This document shows positions 26,156-41,369 of a stretch of DNA of 64,000 nt, piece by piece; position 1 is the stretch's first letter, and every line of letters begins with the position of its first letter. The DNA is taken from contig NW_018404017.1 of the NCBI RefSeq assembly GCF_002113885.1, positions 1,352,281 through 1,416,280 of the forward strand, given 5' to 3'. The translations under genes and the position numbers were made by a program. Below the pieces are notes generated by a model. That model had not been told where the DNA came from and ran no database searches. It was given only the letters and a program-made list of their open reading frames with translations. The stretch comes from Mizuhopecten yessoensis. Taxonomy: Eukaryota.

Positions 26156-26327
26156 CTAATACGTTGTATGCTCAATCTCGCTGACAGATTTTTTTCGTCA
26201 AAAAAGCTCAGGGGAGAAATGATATTTTCAAACTGGTAGCCAGTCCAATTTCATTTTCATGGTTTCTGAGCTCATTCCTGTAGGTGGAAAGAGAGAAAAA
26301 TATTCCTTGAAGCCTGGAGGTGTGGGT

Positions 26328-27200
26328 TAGGGAAAATTTACCTTCGGGATTTTTAAATATGGCAAAAACCCTCGGCATAGCCTCCGGTTTTAACAAAATT
26401 GAACATCCGATGTTTGAATTTCCCTATCCTTCATCCCTGGGCATGAACGAGTCTTTAGTGATGTGACGACGATAGTGGTTTATTGACAATCAGTTATTAC
26501 AATCATTAGAACAATACCATAGTTGCCAAAAATGTACGTCAAACTGTCAAATATGACCTAGTAGATGTATACCACACCGTACTCGGACAGGTAGCTGACA
26601 CGGACCTCCATCCATCCATGGCACTATATTTACAAAGCACTGATAATTTAATAAAAACAAAACAACAGTTAGGTTCCACAGTGTATTTCTGAAATAGCTT
26701 CAGAATATTTACATTAATGCAGGCATGTACAACATGTTGTTTGATACTCATACAGACATTTCTGAATATTGGGTGAAACAGCATCGCTCAAAGCAGAAAT
26801 TGACTTAAGAATAAGATTTCCCTGGCTAGTTCGTGACGGAGGTGATTCTAACAGAGAACCACACAAACAGGCAGGAGTGCTGTATCATCAAAGGGGTCAA
26901 AATTAATGGCATAATTGCTATTTGTTATGAAAGCCAATAGCCTGTTAGTAGGAGCAAAATTCTAAGATTGGGAGTATTTTGTATTATATAGATTCTACAT
27001 TAAAAAGAGTGGACCAAGGCACTGTCACACCCTAAAAATGTAGTATTTATTTTATTATACCGACAATCTATAATTAACAAAGTTTTAAAGTATATAATAC
27101 ATACATCTGACGGTACGCTGCGTGCTTTTAAAGTCCCTATCCCTCAAAAGTTGATCCAACTCACCCAAATTGATATCTGCATATCTTGCCATTTTTTTCT
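26328..27200 (-). mobile_element. Possible Crypton-derived non-autonomous element
   Basis: Imperfect hairpin at 26328-26426 with a CCTCGGCATAGCCTC loop. Minus-strand MARYADINLGELDQLLRDRDFKSTQRTV (~27110-27192) resembles, from memory, N-termini of animal Crypton/DUF3504 proteins. Confidence 0.35.
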
Positions 27201-29384
27201 TCATCGAGCAGATGGCCGATTGTTTATCCGACCTCAGACCACAATAACACTTCCGGGTCGTTGTACACGAATGTAGTGCATAAGGACATGTCAGGTCAGT
27301 TACTAAATATTGTTCCTTTCTGTTGCATGACAGATTTGTACATTTTTTTACATGGAATTGTTCAACAATATATATTGTAATGATTCGATTTTTTTTGACA
27401 CAGTTTTCATATTTGTTTTTGCAGCAGGACAATGAGTGATTAGGCTTGCGCAGTGATATTTTCGAGGTACTTTCGAGCTCACTGTAGGTTCAATTTAAAT
27501 AGACCTACAATATGAAATAGGAACTAGACCCTGCGCAAAATTTTAAAATATCTTATTTTTTCCTTCGGTAGTAACATATAGAAGAAGTACCTGTGGTCTG
27601 ATGCCATCCCCTCCTGACCACCACATGAATGAAGCGCTTGGAAATCTCATTCATCTCAGCGTTTCATCATAGTAATTACTATCGGCGAGTAATACACAAG
27701 TACGGTGTCTGGGACCTACATGGCGCGCGATGAATCGCAATGCAAAAAAAACATGGCGGCTGAAACGAATCGTTTGCGTATCTTCTTTGCGCGGTCACTA
27801 TTTTGCACTGTAAACACCACACTGTCGTCCGTATAATAGGGCGGTTGGAAGGACCCTTCCATTGACTAATGTTAAACCGAATATGACAGTGTGAAATGAA
27901 CAATTTATCTCGACCAATCAGATTACAGAATTTTCACCATAATAACAAAAATATGTTATACATCCGGGACCTTAAATATGGAAAGCATATTCATTGTGAT
28001 ATGGCGGGCGATGTTTTTAAAATGCTCATAAGTATACCTTGTTGATTCGTTGTTGCTTTCCAAGTTATCCTGCTATCTTGGTTCTCGGTGTGAGGGTGCA
28101 ACATTACCTGGATTTGAGATAGACTTTCACGGCCTGTGTCGTCGATGGAGTAGAAGACACTTCCGGACGCCACACCTGGTCTTATGCACCTTTTCATAAA
28201 ATGAAAAATGTCAATTCTTTCTCGCAGTATATTCTATTATACTGTTCCTGTATTACACCAGAAACGATTTTCTTTAAGTGAAGACATATGTCCATGTGTG
28301 TCTGTGCTATAAATTGTTTCAGCGTAAACCACACGGTCATAATAACCATCGAACGGGTGAATCAGATATACTATTATTGATTTGAAGTTTCTCAACCATA
28401 GCTAATTCAATATAATTGTTTTAAAGGCATATCAATATGCATTGGTATACAACATTTTTTTTATTAAAAGAGAAAACGTGTTCAATGATTCTTAGAGTTG
28501 TTCCCCTTCGTCCTTCCTTGATATTGCCTTTTTAGCGTTCTAGAGACCAGAAATTGTTTGCTGCTGTAACAAAAACAAAACAAGTGATCTTCTGTTTAAG
28601 AAAACGACAGTTTTGCTTTAAAGATGAGCTGTATTTTACCTACCACATATCTACATACATATATACCAGTTGTATAAACAAGTATTTTCCACCTGACTAC
28701 AGAGATAGATACAAAATAGTGTACTATTTGTATACACGATCTGGCACTATCTATCTTCAACGGTAACTACTTAACTCTCACAGGTAGCTACTGTCTGTAT
28801 TTTATGTAGTATCTAACAAGATCATTTATGTGCAGATGGCTATCAACTGAAAACGTAGAAACATGTAAAACAACACGCATATCTATGAATAAAGGATAAT
28901 ATAGCATTGCCAACAATACCTCAGCATGAGCTCAAAAACGACACAACTATGACAATAAGAAATATCTACACGGAGTCTATTTTAAAAGCGCAAGGATAAT
29001 AAGGCCATGAGTTCCGGAAGAGTAAACGTCTTCATAGGCGACACCAGTCATGTTAATATATATCAAGGAAGAGACAACAACGCCAAGCACACTTATTAGC
29101 ACAAACATTTACATTAAATAAAGTAAACATATGTTATTGTATTTTTGATTCGTCCTTTATTTGCCACTTAACGTGCAAACGGACGTCTAAACATATTTGA
29201 ATATCTACGTACTATACACGGACATAGTCAAATAAGTCATTCCATCAATTCCTGCAATTATAACCTTAAGTCTATATTTATTTACAACTATCGCAACCAC
29301 ATACTTTCATATCATACGCAACTAGTAAATCATAACCTTTTCTCTGTGGGTTCGGAGAAATAACTGACTTTCTGATCCGACTTC

Positions 29385-29475
29385 ATACTATTGTAAGAGG
29401 CGACTATTGTGTGGTCCTCCCTAGGCATCCGCTTTATATTACGTAAGCTGTTGCTAGGACGTTAAACTACAAACA
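29385..29475 (+). mobile_element. SINE 3' fragment (Nin-domain-like)
   Basis: TGTAAGAGGCGACTA motif and a TGTTGCTAGGACGTTAAAC-ACAAAC type tail. Confidence 0.3.
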
Positions 29476-30331
29476 TCAATTTTCAAAACCTCCAGGATTC
29501 TTAAAAAATACAACTTTATCAATAAACATCCACTTTTAGTTATGAGTTTAACACGTTTCACCATTTGTTATGCTAAATAGCAAAGTTGTGTCATGCATAT
29601 TGAAGGTTATAAAACAAAGCATCACACTATGTTCTGTCTGCCAAGCTATGTCCGAATATGTTATTGAAATAGCAAAAGCTATCCATATGTATCTGCCGCC
29701 GGACAACATAGTTTCAAACCCTCGCTTCGCTACTCATAACTGTTTATATAAAATCAATGTCCAAAATGTTCATACAAGGTATCTTTACACATTGGTATGG
29801 TGACACGAAACAGAACATTTATATCCTACCTATCAAAGCATGGTTTGCTATACTAAAGAAAACCAGTTTACAACAGACAGAAAAATGGTCATTTTTTCTG
29901 TGGTGGATTTATATACATTGTAATAGTTCATAACTCAACACCAAATGTAAATAAGGTGAACAAGAGCTTCCAAAATATATTCGTTTTGTAAACTGAGAGT
30001 GTACGCTGCCTGAAGATACAATATAGTTGAGTGTTACAGTATTAGTCTTGAAGCGGTTGATTCTTTGGTAATTGCATTGTTCAATAAATGATCCATAGCA
30101 TAGACTTGCTTTAGTTATTTCTGTGGGATTTGGAAGTAAGAGTAGTTTTGATTGGCTAGTGAAAGAAGGCAGTTCATTAGATGGCTCTTTGACTCTGGCA
30201 GTCGAAGTGGAAAGAACACCTCTACAACGGTAAACAGTGACTAAGCTGAATAAATGGGCCTGTAGCTGTAATCCTTTATAGTTCATGGTCAAAATAAATT
30301 GTATTACTGGTTAGTGTGCATAGTCACAGAG

Positions 30332-30796
30332 TGTCACAGTACAGGGTGACGTACTGTTGATAGATACAGATTGACAGCTACCAAGACACAGGTTTTACCA
30401 AGACTTCAGGGTTTACCAAGGCATAGGTTCCATAGTCTAGGGTGACTTGGTCAAAAGGCAGTCGCGGTAAAGGGTGACATGGTCAAGGTGTGTCGCAGTA
30501 AAGGGTGACATGGTCAAGGTGTGTCGCAGTAAGGGCCATATACTGTGAAACAGTGTTAAGTTGGCCTTTTGACTATATAAGTGTTAGAGGTATATTGTAA
30601 TAAATGTAAAATATCTACCGAGTGTAGTTTAAGCAGTAGTGATTTGAGGCAATAGTTATTGGAATCATTAGGTAATAGTTATTTGAGTCAGATATACGGA
30701 CATTATTTTTTATATATTGTCGGTATTTATTTGTTACAACAATTACTGGGTCCAAGATAGAACTTGGTAACGAACTGTAGGCACACATCCGTTACA
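30332..30796 (+). mobile_element. Putative solo LTR (Gypsy/BEL-like)
   Basis: TGTCAC...GTTACA termini, an internal 31-bp tandem repeat (AAAGGGTGACATGGTCAAGGTGTGTCGCAGT) and TATATAA at ~30574. No clean TSD is visible. Confidence 0.45.
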
Positions 30797-32564
30797 GTGT
30801 ACAGAAATTGAGGAAAGATTGAGACCACCCCGATGAGCTATTCCCCGAGGCTTCAGATTCCCTTTCTCCAACCCCGAGAGTCGGATAACAAGACACGTCG
30901 AATCATGTCACGTGTTTAACAGAATTGACACACTGTGTCAAATTAAGGAGGTTTTATATGTTTTACTTTCGATCACATTATAAGGCTTCAGACGATCAGA
31001 TAATAAACATTAAATTTTGCGAGACCACATGTAGCGACACAAGTCCACATGGACTAGGGTCGCGATCACCCGCATGGAAAACGTGAGAAAAACATAGAAC
31101 ACTTAAAGTCACGTTGAAAAGGTAATACGCTGTGAACTCGTAATATCGGATTTTATTGCTGTCTTTCTTCTGGCAGCACGTGGGGTGGATTGGTGTTTGA
31201 GTTTACACCTATGTTATTGCGATTTATATACAATTGAATCAGACCAAATGATTTAAAAACATACAAATATCTTCAGAATTATCATCATAAAATAAAACAT
31301 TATATGTCACGTGTTTTTCATGATTCGTCGCATGACCATAGATGTGGGAAGGACATAGGACCCCAACACACGAATATATTACCTCCTATGTATCAGATTG
31401 CATCATTGTGATAGAAGGAGACATTTTTGAGATGTAAATTGGAAACACTTAGAATACGCTTCAATGTCAATGTTTGCCTGTCTCATTGCCCTATCACACA
31501 CACGCGACTGAATTAACAAAATTGCCTCTTATTATAACAAGCCACGACATACGTCACACATTGGAATTCCTTCGACGCAGTATTTTGACACTTCTCCTGG
31601 AACTTTTATCTTCTCCCATTTCCATTAGAAATACATTAAATGAAGACAAATATGTAAACAATCGCATTCTTAAGATCATTCTTACAAAAAAAAATCTCGA
31701 TATGACAATGATATGTCGACCACTTTGCTCAGTTTGTAAGGTGTGTTATCATTGCTTAGGCTGGCATTCTTACTGAAAATGAAATAAAAAGAAGGATTCC
31801 AGTAGGAAAAGTATCAGTATTAATGCTTGTACATGGGTTCGCATGCCGCAGGAGAGGGAACGGGTAAACAAGAAGAGATCAGATTTCCATCACATGATAT
31901 AAGGGTCGTCGTTTTCACTAAACTCACTTAATAGTTATTAACAAATACTAACCTTATACCCCCGCCGATAGCTGAACACGTATAACTTATCCACCCACAG
32001 CGTCATAGATATATCCTTGTTTTGTTCCGTTTTATTTTGTTTGCATGTTGTTGTTGTTTTTTTTTTGTTTTTTTTTTCACCCTCGTTTTTCGATGTAACC
32101 ATGTACCGCTTTGTGCTTGTGCAATAATTTCATGAATTCGATTTGCAACTTTTGGCATCGTTATAAATTGATTATAGCATTTGATTATTTTTAATGTAGA
32201 AAACGTGTAGCTTAGCCGCTGATAAATCCTAAAATTTCCAACTGAAACTTTTCAGATATATAATACAATTAAGTCATGCAAAAGCGTTCTAACCTTCTGA
32301 CTATACGAATTTAATTTACAATGCACGATTTGTAAACGACCCCTGTGAGTTTTAAAGGAACAGGTTTATGTGTACTTGAAAAGGACAGGGGACTGTAGCA
32401 TGATCATAGCCTTCCCTATAAAACAAATACATGTAGGAGCACGTTAAAGTTTCAACGAACTCTAAATGCTACTGAGAGTTTGTGATGTTTGACTAATCAG
32501 AAAAAACAGGGATATCAGGAATGAAATTTAACCTTTTCCAAAAGTGACGTGCGGTGATAGCAGG

Positions 32565-32900
32565 CCTTAAAGTCTGTCTGTTACAGCCTTACAGGAGCTT
32601 ACAACAAAGCCACAGTATGCATGCTGTTATCAGCACAGACGCCAGAAGCAACCAGGAGACACTTAAGCCCTTTGTTGTTAAGGGGACAAAGTCAGGTGAC
32701 TGTCGGGTTATGGTGTAGCTCGCCTACGGAACGCGTATGGACGTATCCACAATGACCCACTATGAAAGCAGATATCCCTAGAGCTCATTCAACCAAGTCT
32801 TGACCGAGGAGACTGAAGCAGGCCTAAACACGACGAGAAATTCTCTATATTTAAACCAGGATTGCTTATAAATAGGACCACTTTGCCAAACAAGTAGAGA
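32565..32900 (+). pseudogene. Possible decayed DIRS-type tyrosine recombinase C-terminus
   Basis: Frameshifted VTALQE..LLSAQTP..PRAHSTKS..EAGL..EIL..(TT)FAK resembles the DIRS AHSTR..G..I..W..TF..Y motif. Confidence 0.35.
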
Positions 32901-35900
32901 AGTTACATAAGATAGGGGCTTTGAATTTCCGGTAACCCATTGTTTAAATAGAGACTGGTACCCCCCTTAGAGTAAGTGAGTTAACAAATAACATTGGCAG
33001 TAGAGTTATTTTTGAATGGACTGGTAGACATCTCGCATCATGTAGATATATGACGGATTGTCCGAGTGGTTAAAGTGTTTCCTGAACGAAAATAGCAATG
33101 AATATCGTTACTTCCAGTGAATGGGACACTTTTTAGCTGTGAGGTCACAAGTTCAACGACTGTAGTAGCCACCAGGGAAGGAACAGGCGAGAGCGAGACC
33201 AGCCACACAGAGCCAGACTGCGAACTAACATGCGTTTTGAGGAATCAGATTATGCTGAAAATGACATTATATGTTGATGGCATCCAGCCATATTAAATTT
33301 GCCAGGACTTTCAGACAGTGGGCTGATTGAAAACTTCACTGAAGAATCGGAAAAGACCAGTATCTGAGCAGAAATGAGAATTTTACCCAATAAAAGAAAA
33401 TGAGGGAAATTAAACAACAATGCTTTCTATGTTGTTGATCAACAATATTTTACTCTTTACATTTAGCTGGGAAGTCAGTTTGCAACACTTCCTTTACTCT
33501 ACAGTGATATTGTTTTCCATCTTGTCGTCGACGTTGCACGACGCCATTCCGCGACCTGTTTCTGTGACTGATTATTTCTATTGCTAAGCTATATATCTTG
33601 GTACCGCTACGGTCCAAAAATAGGGTCATGTATCAGTAGAAAAATGTCTACAAAATGCATTTCTACGTTTGTTACTGCAAGAATATGTATGGGATACTAT
33701 AAATAGACACTCTTATATACCGTATAATCTCTAATTGACGACATAGTGTCTTCCTTATGCTAGGTCGTCGAATAAACAGCATAATACCAAGAAGCAGTTA
33801 CACTTATGTTTGTTTGCAAAACTTGTATGTGTTCGCGGAATTTTATTTATCTCTAGAATAAAATTCAATTTGTAGATTGAAAATAAACTTTGTTTTCCTT
33901 TATATAATAGACATAGATCATCTCGATCCACTCCCGTCATCGCCTACTTAGGTGTGAACATTGTGAATAGGTAATTACACTATGCACACCTGTATCAAAC
34001 GCTGACAGCAGGAGGCCGGAAACACAAAGAGGTGTCAGTAGGTGGGCAAGGGGTTAGATTTCGTAGATTATGTGTCTTCCAATTTTCCATTTAAAAGCAA
34101 TGTCCTCAGGCTAGATAAAAGGGACATGAATAAGGCTCAACCTCAAGATAATTATGCATTAATAAAATGCATAAGCAGAGTCACAGATTGTGATGCATGT
34201 TATGAAAGCCACAATAAACACATGCATCTGATCAGACATGAACGAGCTGATTTATCAGATGAGTGAAATGAACAAGTTCTTTTTCTGCAAGATTCTTAAT
34301 ATTGGTGTGTGTAATTATTTTATTTTTATCTTTAAAAAAAAAACGCAGTCATACAGACATTCATTTCATATCCATGAGGTTGTCGTAAGCCACTTCCACA
34401 CACATATCGTGTTGATTGGCTGGTTATTTTAGGGGGAAAATGGCTGCGCTTCAAAGCATTCACACCACGGGTTATGGCACGTGGCTGACGTCACCCTCAT
34501 GAAAAGTTATGAAACTCGGAAATGGCATGTGTTTTGGGGGGAAACGGAGATCATGTCTGCGGAAGGAGAACATCTTACGTGCATATAAGAGGGTTTACAA
34601 AAAAACATAGGTAGGGTTAACGTTATGTACTGTAAAGCGCTTTAGAGTTGCTTATTTTAGCTAGATAGGGCGCTTAACGAATGTTGTATGTTTGTTAATG
34701 TATGATTCGAGAGAGTGCCGTGTTTTTCTCCTGCTTTAGTAATTGTTATACAAACTTTATATTGCTTTGACCCGCCTGCTTATGTAATATGACATATTAT
34801 AGAAAAAATACAGAACCAAACTAGAATGCATTTATAACTGAACCGTGGTTACTATCAGTTATCTGTATAATGTACAATTTTCATTATGCAATGTTTCAAC
34901 AAAATTAGGCACTATTTATATCTGATGGTCAGATACATACGGCAGTAAGGAAGAGCATTAAGGCAACGAAGAAACCAAATATCTGTATTATTGTGTGTTT
35001 GAGTAACTCGAACCTCAAGTTATATGTACATGTACTAACACGAAAAAGCAGACTTCTACCCTTTACATTGGTTTGTTTAATACTGGTACTTCTCCTCTTG
35101 TCTGTCTTTCTTTCCGTCTGTCTGTCTGTCTTTCTGTCTTTCTTTCTGTCCATTTACCTGTCTTTATTTCCACTATGCTTTGTTTTCTTGTTTCTCTGAT
35201 ATGATTTTCCTACCTTTCTTATTTAACATTACAAAAAAATAAAATACCACTTACAAAAAGAGCATTATTAATTAGTATGAAAGTATGTGTGAAAATGGAA
35301 TTCATTATGTATAATGAAATGTATATGTTATTGTAATGTGAATAATACTTTGAAAATAAACAAATAAAAAATAAATAAAAAATAAAACCACGAAAAACGA
35401 GAAAAAAAAATTTCTACATGCTCTTCTGAAGAATTATGTATTGGTGTAAATTAGCTATAGAGGAAAATCTATGTATCTTTATTGATATAATCAAAAGACG
35501 CTTCATCAAATATTTTTTTTTTTATCCATAGGTTAAATCCTGAAAAGGTGCTAATCTGATAAGGCAATGTCCAACACAGTTTGTTTAATTTGCCAACATT
35601 TGTGTCTTACCGCGCTCTGTTTACCCTGTCACTGACGTTATTCCTAGGATGTTGTTATTAGTTAGGGGTATTTTTACGCTTAGTCCCTATCATTGGTTTA
35701 TTTTTCAAATTTGTTATATCTGAGAGTGTAAAGATAAATTGACCCATAGAAAACGTCTCTATTTGTTCCTCAAAAGTTTAGACTTACATGAACGTGTTTG
35801 TGTATATAAGTAGGAGGGTTTATTTATGCCAGTCACTGAATTATAATGAATAAGACTCCAATGCACATCAAGGCGATAATGAGCCAATAGGGCTAATACG

Positions 35901-37329
35901 TGTGTATAATTATAGTGGGGTATTACCATATGTTGGTTGATATTTTTTCCACTGCCTTGCCTTTATCAGACATCATTATGGAAGCAAACTAAATAACTAC
36001 ACGAGTCAATACCCATTGAATTGAATGTCTGTCTATCTGTGATCAGGGTATGCCTTTGGTACTGCAGTAGCGATGATAAATCTGTAAAGATAAGGTGTGT
36101 AGGCTTGACAAGAGGATTCTGGCGGAGATTATGTTACATAAAACTAGAACGATACATCACGTCGACGTGTCTTGTCAATTAGATGAAATACATATTTGTG
36201 GTGATCTAGGCTCACACCGGTGATAAATCAAACCTTGATTTTCTTACTATCCTGTAAAACATATAAGAAAGAAGTTATGAAAGCATCTGTTCTTTCAGCT
36301 ATCGGCGATGTGTTTGGCGATAAAACAGATTCGAACTTAAGGTAAACGCGAATGTGTAAATGCACCTGTTTTGCTGCGTGACTTCATGGATGTGTCCGCG
36401 GCTATTTTCACGAGAATGTGTTCTTATTATCTTGTTCGTTTTTTTACAAGCCTGCATGCGTTCCCCATGTTATCATTCTGTTAAAATGCAACTACATGTA
36501 TAATTATCCCGTATTTTAAATGTAGTTTACTCCTTTATTCAGAAAGTAAAGAAGACCATCTATTCGCGAATGCAACAATATCTACGTGTTTTAAAACACA
36601 CAATATTCACCAGAAATATTTTTTTTAGAAAATACATGTGTAACCACTTTTTGTGTGACCGTTCGTTGTTAATTGAAAGCGCAGCATATTTTAACTTACA
36701 GTCATAATTTGATACAAGCGCACGTTCATCACCATCAAATTCAGGGGGGAACAATAGTCACAATTAAAATAGGTCCGATCTACTGCAGATATGTTGAAGT
36801 TTTCGTTTTTGTAATTTTATTAGGAACTCCAAGTCTTTAGAACAAAACCTTATTTACCGCATTAATTCTACCTTACTGATAATACGTCACCATTTTAGAA
36901 CACATCGGGTGTGAACTCCAGCTCAACCATCCTAACCATATTGTTATCATCAAAATGCCAAACATTTGTTATTACTCATCTTCAAAGACATGTAATTCTT
37001 CACTGATAACCAACCCGAGAAGGAACGTAATTGAAAAATTGCAACATAAAGAAAACCAGTTGAGTGAAGTATTTATTTTCAGAAATGTGTCCGGGCACGA
37101 ATATTCTCCCGCGTCATTCATACTCTATGGAACTATTACCAGAAGATGGAGTGGTGACATGTCTGTACTGGAAGCTAATCACAGATTCCCGAAAGAAGAC
37201 ACACAGCACGGCTCCAAGTATCATAAATGATAGCAGGGAAATGAAAGGTGAACGACAATGTAATCGAATCAGGTATGACTCTTGACTACGTAATTCAGAT
37301 TTGTCTTTAAGGGCAGCCAATGATTAATG

Positions 37330-37422
37330 AGGCGGGGTGTAGGAAACGGAGGTGTGATTCGCCGGAAATGATGCCTGAGGAGGGGTGTAGGAAACGGAGG
37401 TGTGATTCGCCGGAAATGATGC
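37330..37422. repeat. Tandem duplication of ~49 bp
   Basis: GGGGTGTAGGAAACGGAGGTGTGATTCGCCGGAAATGATGCC occurs twice. Confidence 0.9.
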
Positions 37423-37926
37423 CACGTGTCGTTAGTTGACATTTGCTGTCTAATCGCACAGAAAAATGGAGTCTGACGTTGCGTTGGTAGTACTACGATG
37501 TTAATATGGAAACAGTTAAAAAGAAACTGCAATTTCAAGCAAGTTGTATTGGAGTCAAAGAAGTGTTAGGTTCTGCATGAGTGTATAGATACATTCATGT
37601 AAATCAAGCAATTTCAAGCTCCATCTTTACATCAACGACGGTCAAACAGACCACAGACCGCATATCAGGCTTTCTCTAACCCTGGACAGCTTCATCCGCA
37701 CTCTCACCGGTGTGAGATATTTTTAGTCATATCCTAGGGGTGAGACGGGGGGATTCCCCTATTCATAACAATGGTATGACGTCACTTCAATAAAAAAATT
37801 ACGCCAATTCAACAATCCATCAACGTCACGTCAATCCTGAATTTAGCAGGTAACGTTTTCATTACATTGTGTATATTATACACAATGGGAGAACAGGGTA
37901 AGAGAAAAAACATAAGTTGACCCCTT

Positions 37927-38455
37927 GGGGAATCGCGATCGTCGGGGGAAAATGTTTAAGTTGCCAAACACGATGCTTTGTCGAATGTTTGGCAACTACA
38001 GAATCTTCCCCCTCGGATCGAGATTCCCCTATCTCACCAACAAGGGAGTGAGAGATTATATTATTCGCCCACCATTCACAAGTGGGTCTCCCATTTTAGC
38101 CGGGCAAGACCAGCTTGTCATCCCCTAGGGAGAGAAAGCCTAGTGCCGATTAGCACGTGTTCAAATGTGACGTCATTTAAATGTGTCACTGGTAATTGTG
38201 ACGTCATAAAAAGTCAATCACGATATTTATAACCCACATGTGTGTTTGTTTACAAACAGAAAACTGTCGGTGGTGTGTGACTGAAATGATAGGATGGGAG
38301 AAAAATAATCATTTCCTACCTTGAGGGTGTAAATCCCAACCCTCGGGTTAATTTGTTTGTTTGTCTTATCCTCGGCAGAGTCTCAAGTTAGACAAAAACA
38401 AAACACCGCTCGGATTGGAGATTTCTCTGTCACACTCTCAAGGTAGGGGGTGATT
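37927..38455. mobile_element. Two adjacent hairpin element cores (37927-38029 and 38307-38455)
   Basis: GGGGAATCGCGATC..GTTGCCAAACA pairs with TGTTTGGCAAC..GATCGAGATTCCCC. AATCATTTCCTACCTTGAGGGTGT pairs with ACACTCTCAAGGTAGGGGGTGATT. Confidence 0.6.
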
Positions 38456-39810
38456 CTATTAATCCTAATCGGCCACACACAAAGCTGTTTTAAAGCTACA
38501 GTCACACTCTTTATGAGCATTATTCAACCCCCAACAGCGAAAAACAACATTTTTGTCGATGATGGATTCAGATGATGTTCGAAATTTTCTTTTTAAATAG
38601 AGTGGCATAATTTTGTCCTCGGTGGTGAATATCGTAGGTCGACATCATTTCACAGAGATGTCGGATGTGGCATCGACTTGCAACTCATAAACCCAATTCC
38701 TCTTGCCGATATACGAAACAAATAAAATGCAGAATGGTTAGTAAACTTTAATGGTACTAGTATAATCTGTAAATCATAAATTGATAGTATGTTGGGAAAT
38801 GATATTGTGTCTGCTCTTGTTCTGTGTTTCATAAATAGGTCGCAAGTGTTAGCACTTTTTGTAAACCTGTTATAGCACATCGTACATTGAAAGGTATTTT
38901 TGTTCATACTTAACCTATCTCCCATTGTGTATATAAAGTAAACTTTATCGCTCAAGCGCGTCACTTAAAAGAAAAGACGTTTCGACGGTTTATTGAGCTG
39001 TTATAAGTGTGTACATGTGACATATAGGACCGTTAACTACTGAATGTTACATAACGCATAGGTAAATGTCAAGGTCACCATTCAAACTTATGTTGTTGTC
39101 CTGAATGTCGTCCTGATATATATTGAAGTACTAATTACACCGCGACACCGGGTCACATGGTAGTTAAACGAAACATGGACCCCATGAGTATGATTCCTAG
39201 ACAGCAGCTGAATAAAAAAAAAACATTCACATCCACAGTGCTACGCCTTTATGGACAAAACAAAACATTTCCAAGACAATGTGTATCTTCCAATTAAACC
39301 CTTTCGCTGGCAAAGCTATTATCTGTAAAAGACAACATTTTTTGATCACACTACTATGCTTACTTCAATGTGTCGGCACGGTTTCAGTAATGACAGCATG
39401 TGTTTTGATCAAGGTGACGAGTGGCACTCCAATTTAAAAACAAAAACGTCTGGCTTTTTAATCGACCGTTACAATGACCAATCATTTCACAGTGCTCTCT
39501 AACGTGTGACGTTAACTTATAATTACAAAAATTACCAGAGATAGCGTGTACTTTTACGACAAATGGATCTAAGTATACATATGTCAGCGCCTTATTTAGC
39601 TATTTGAATCACTGCATATCATACCAACAATTAACAAACACCGTTTAAATTCATACGTCAGCTTATATTGCACAATGGCATTGTACCGGTACATCGTGTT
39701 TAATCACATATCAACGGCTAATAAAAGAAGATAAAATTACAAACGCAAAACTTTTGTTCATATTTAAACGTGTTTAGAATTTTGCTTTTTTGTCGTTGGG
39801 TTAAATTTAA

Positions 39811-39914
39811 GGGATAGTACGTTGTTTTGAGTGGCTATACTGGCGATTAGAACATGAAATTTGGGTTTGAACTCGAGACCGATAGTATAGACACGAAAAA
39901 CAACGTACTATCCC
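39811..39914. mobile_element. Hairpin element core
   Basis: GGGATAGTACGTTGTTTT..CTATACT pairs with AGTATAG..AAAACAACGTACTATCCC. Confidence 0.6.
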
Positions 39915-40647
39915 CATTCTAACACACCTTAACAAATATACTACGCTAATATGTTTAGAAACATTGTATTTCCTTGTACAAAAGTACGTAGTAAAATACT
40001 TTGTGACCTGAACTGGCGACGTGTCAATCTGCAGCGGACTGACCAATCGGAAATAAGCTTTCAAAAGTCGGTCATTTGGCCCCGCCCATACTGGCGAGCG
40101 CTCGATCTGTATGTTGACGAGGCGGAATATTTGGATTGTTCGTGAACGTCCTGTTACCGAAGTTTATACGACACATTTGGATTGATATTGACCAAGTTCT
40201 TACATTTCCATGTCAGTATGCATACCAATCTGTGCTTATCGACAAAATCGGCGATTATTTGTATAGATTTGTAAAGAGTTTTGTGTAAATGCATACGACA
40301 CATGTGACATGTTTCATTTGATTTGGGATCTAAATATATGCCTTCATTCGGATGGAATGAACGTTTCAGTAATAAATGGAGGTAAGACCAAGGAATGAGT
40401 ACTTTTTAATTCATTCAACAAATACATTTCATCGGTCGTTTACTCTCTGTTCTGTTGCCTGCTAGCCTTATCAGTGGGATTTCGCTAAGAGGCGAGCTTG
40501 ACGCCATATTGTTTTGGTTTGAAACGGGGCGTGACTTAAGTGCGATGGGAGGAGCTTAACACGATTGATCATGATTCTATCGCAGATTAGAACATGGTCC
40601 GTATCCAATCAAAACACGCGTTCCAACCGAATCGTGTTAGAATAAAC

Positions 40648-40806
40648 ATTGAACTGTGTTTGTATGGTATTTATGATATATTTGAATGACACAGCTTTGC
40701 AAGCAAACATCATAATACATGTTTAAGCAGAGCGCCCAATATGTTGTTTGCTTGCAAAGCTGTGTCATTCAAATAGATAATAAAAAACATACAAAAACAG
40801 TTCAAT
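40648..40806. mobile_element. Hairpin element core (~60-bp arms)
   Basis: ATTGAACTG..TATTTGAATGACACAGCTTTGCAAGCAAACA pairs with TGTTTGCTTGCAAAGCTGTGTCATTCAAATA..CAGTTCAAT. Confidence 0.7.
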
Positions 40807-41369
40807 ACTTATATTTACGTTTTCCCTGCCGTTTATGTTCTTTTTCAACTTAAAATTTATATCTAAAATTTAAAATTCCCGCCTTATCGACAGTTCACAC
40901 AAACTCATTCAATAGCTTGAACAGCGTGTGGTCGCATGCTGATTGGCAAACAAAGTAGTACTTTGAAATTTTGACAAACACTTCATTTTATTCAACGATT
41001 CAATATCAATACAATGTCTATAGGGTGATTTAAGTTTATCAATAGAAATCTGAGCTGAAAGTAAGATTTTAAATTGTTTGGATTTTTCCCCGGAACAAAT
41101 TTCGCGCATGCATAAATACAGTGTACACCGTAATCCGACCTTGCCCTCCACGAGGGAGTTATTTTTGGAAGTTGAATGAGCAGTGAGGAAAATTCGAATT
41201 TGTGAAGAATCCAGACGTGAATTTATTTGTTAATTGTATGGGAACCTGACTACAGTCGGTAGATTCTATAACAGCCCTAGTATTTGACATGTTGTCAGAA
41301 ACTGGGGTAACCGTGACTGATAGACGCGTGATACTGATAGCGTTTGAAGTGAGTGATCTTGCGACAGAG

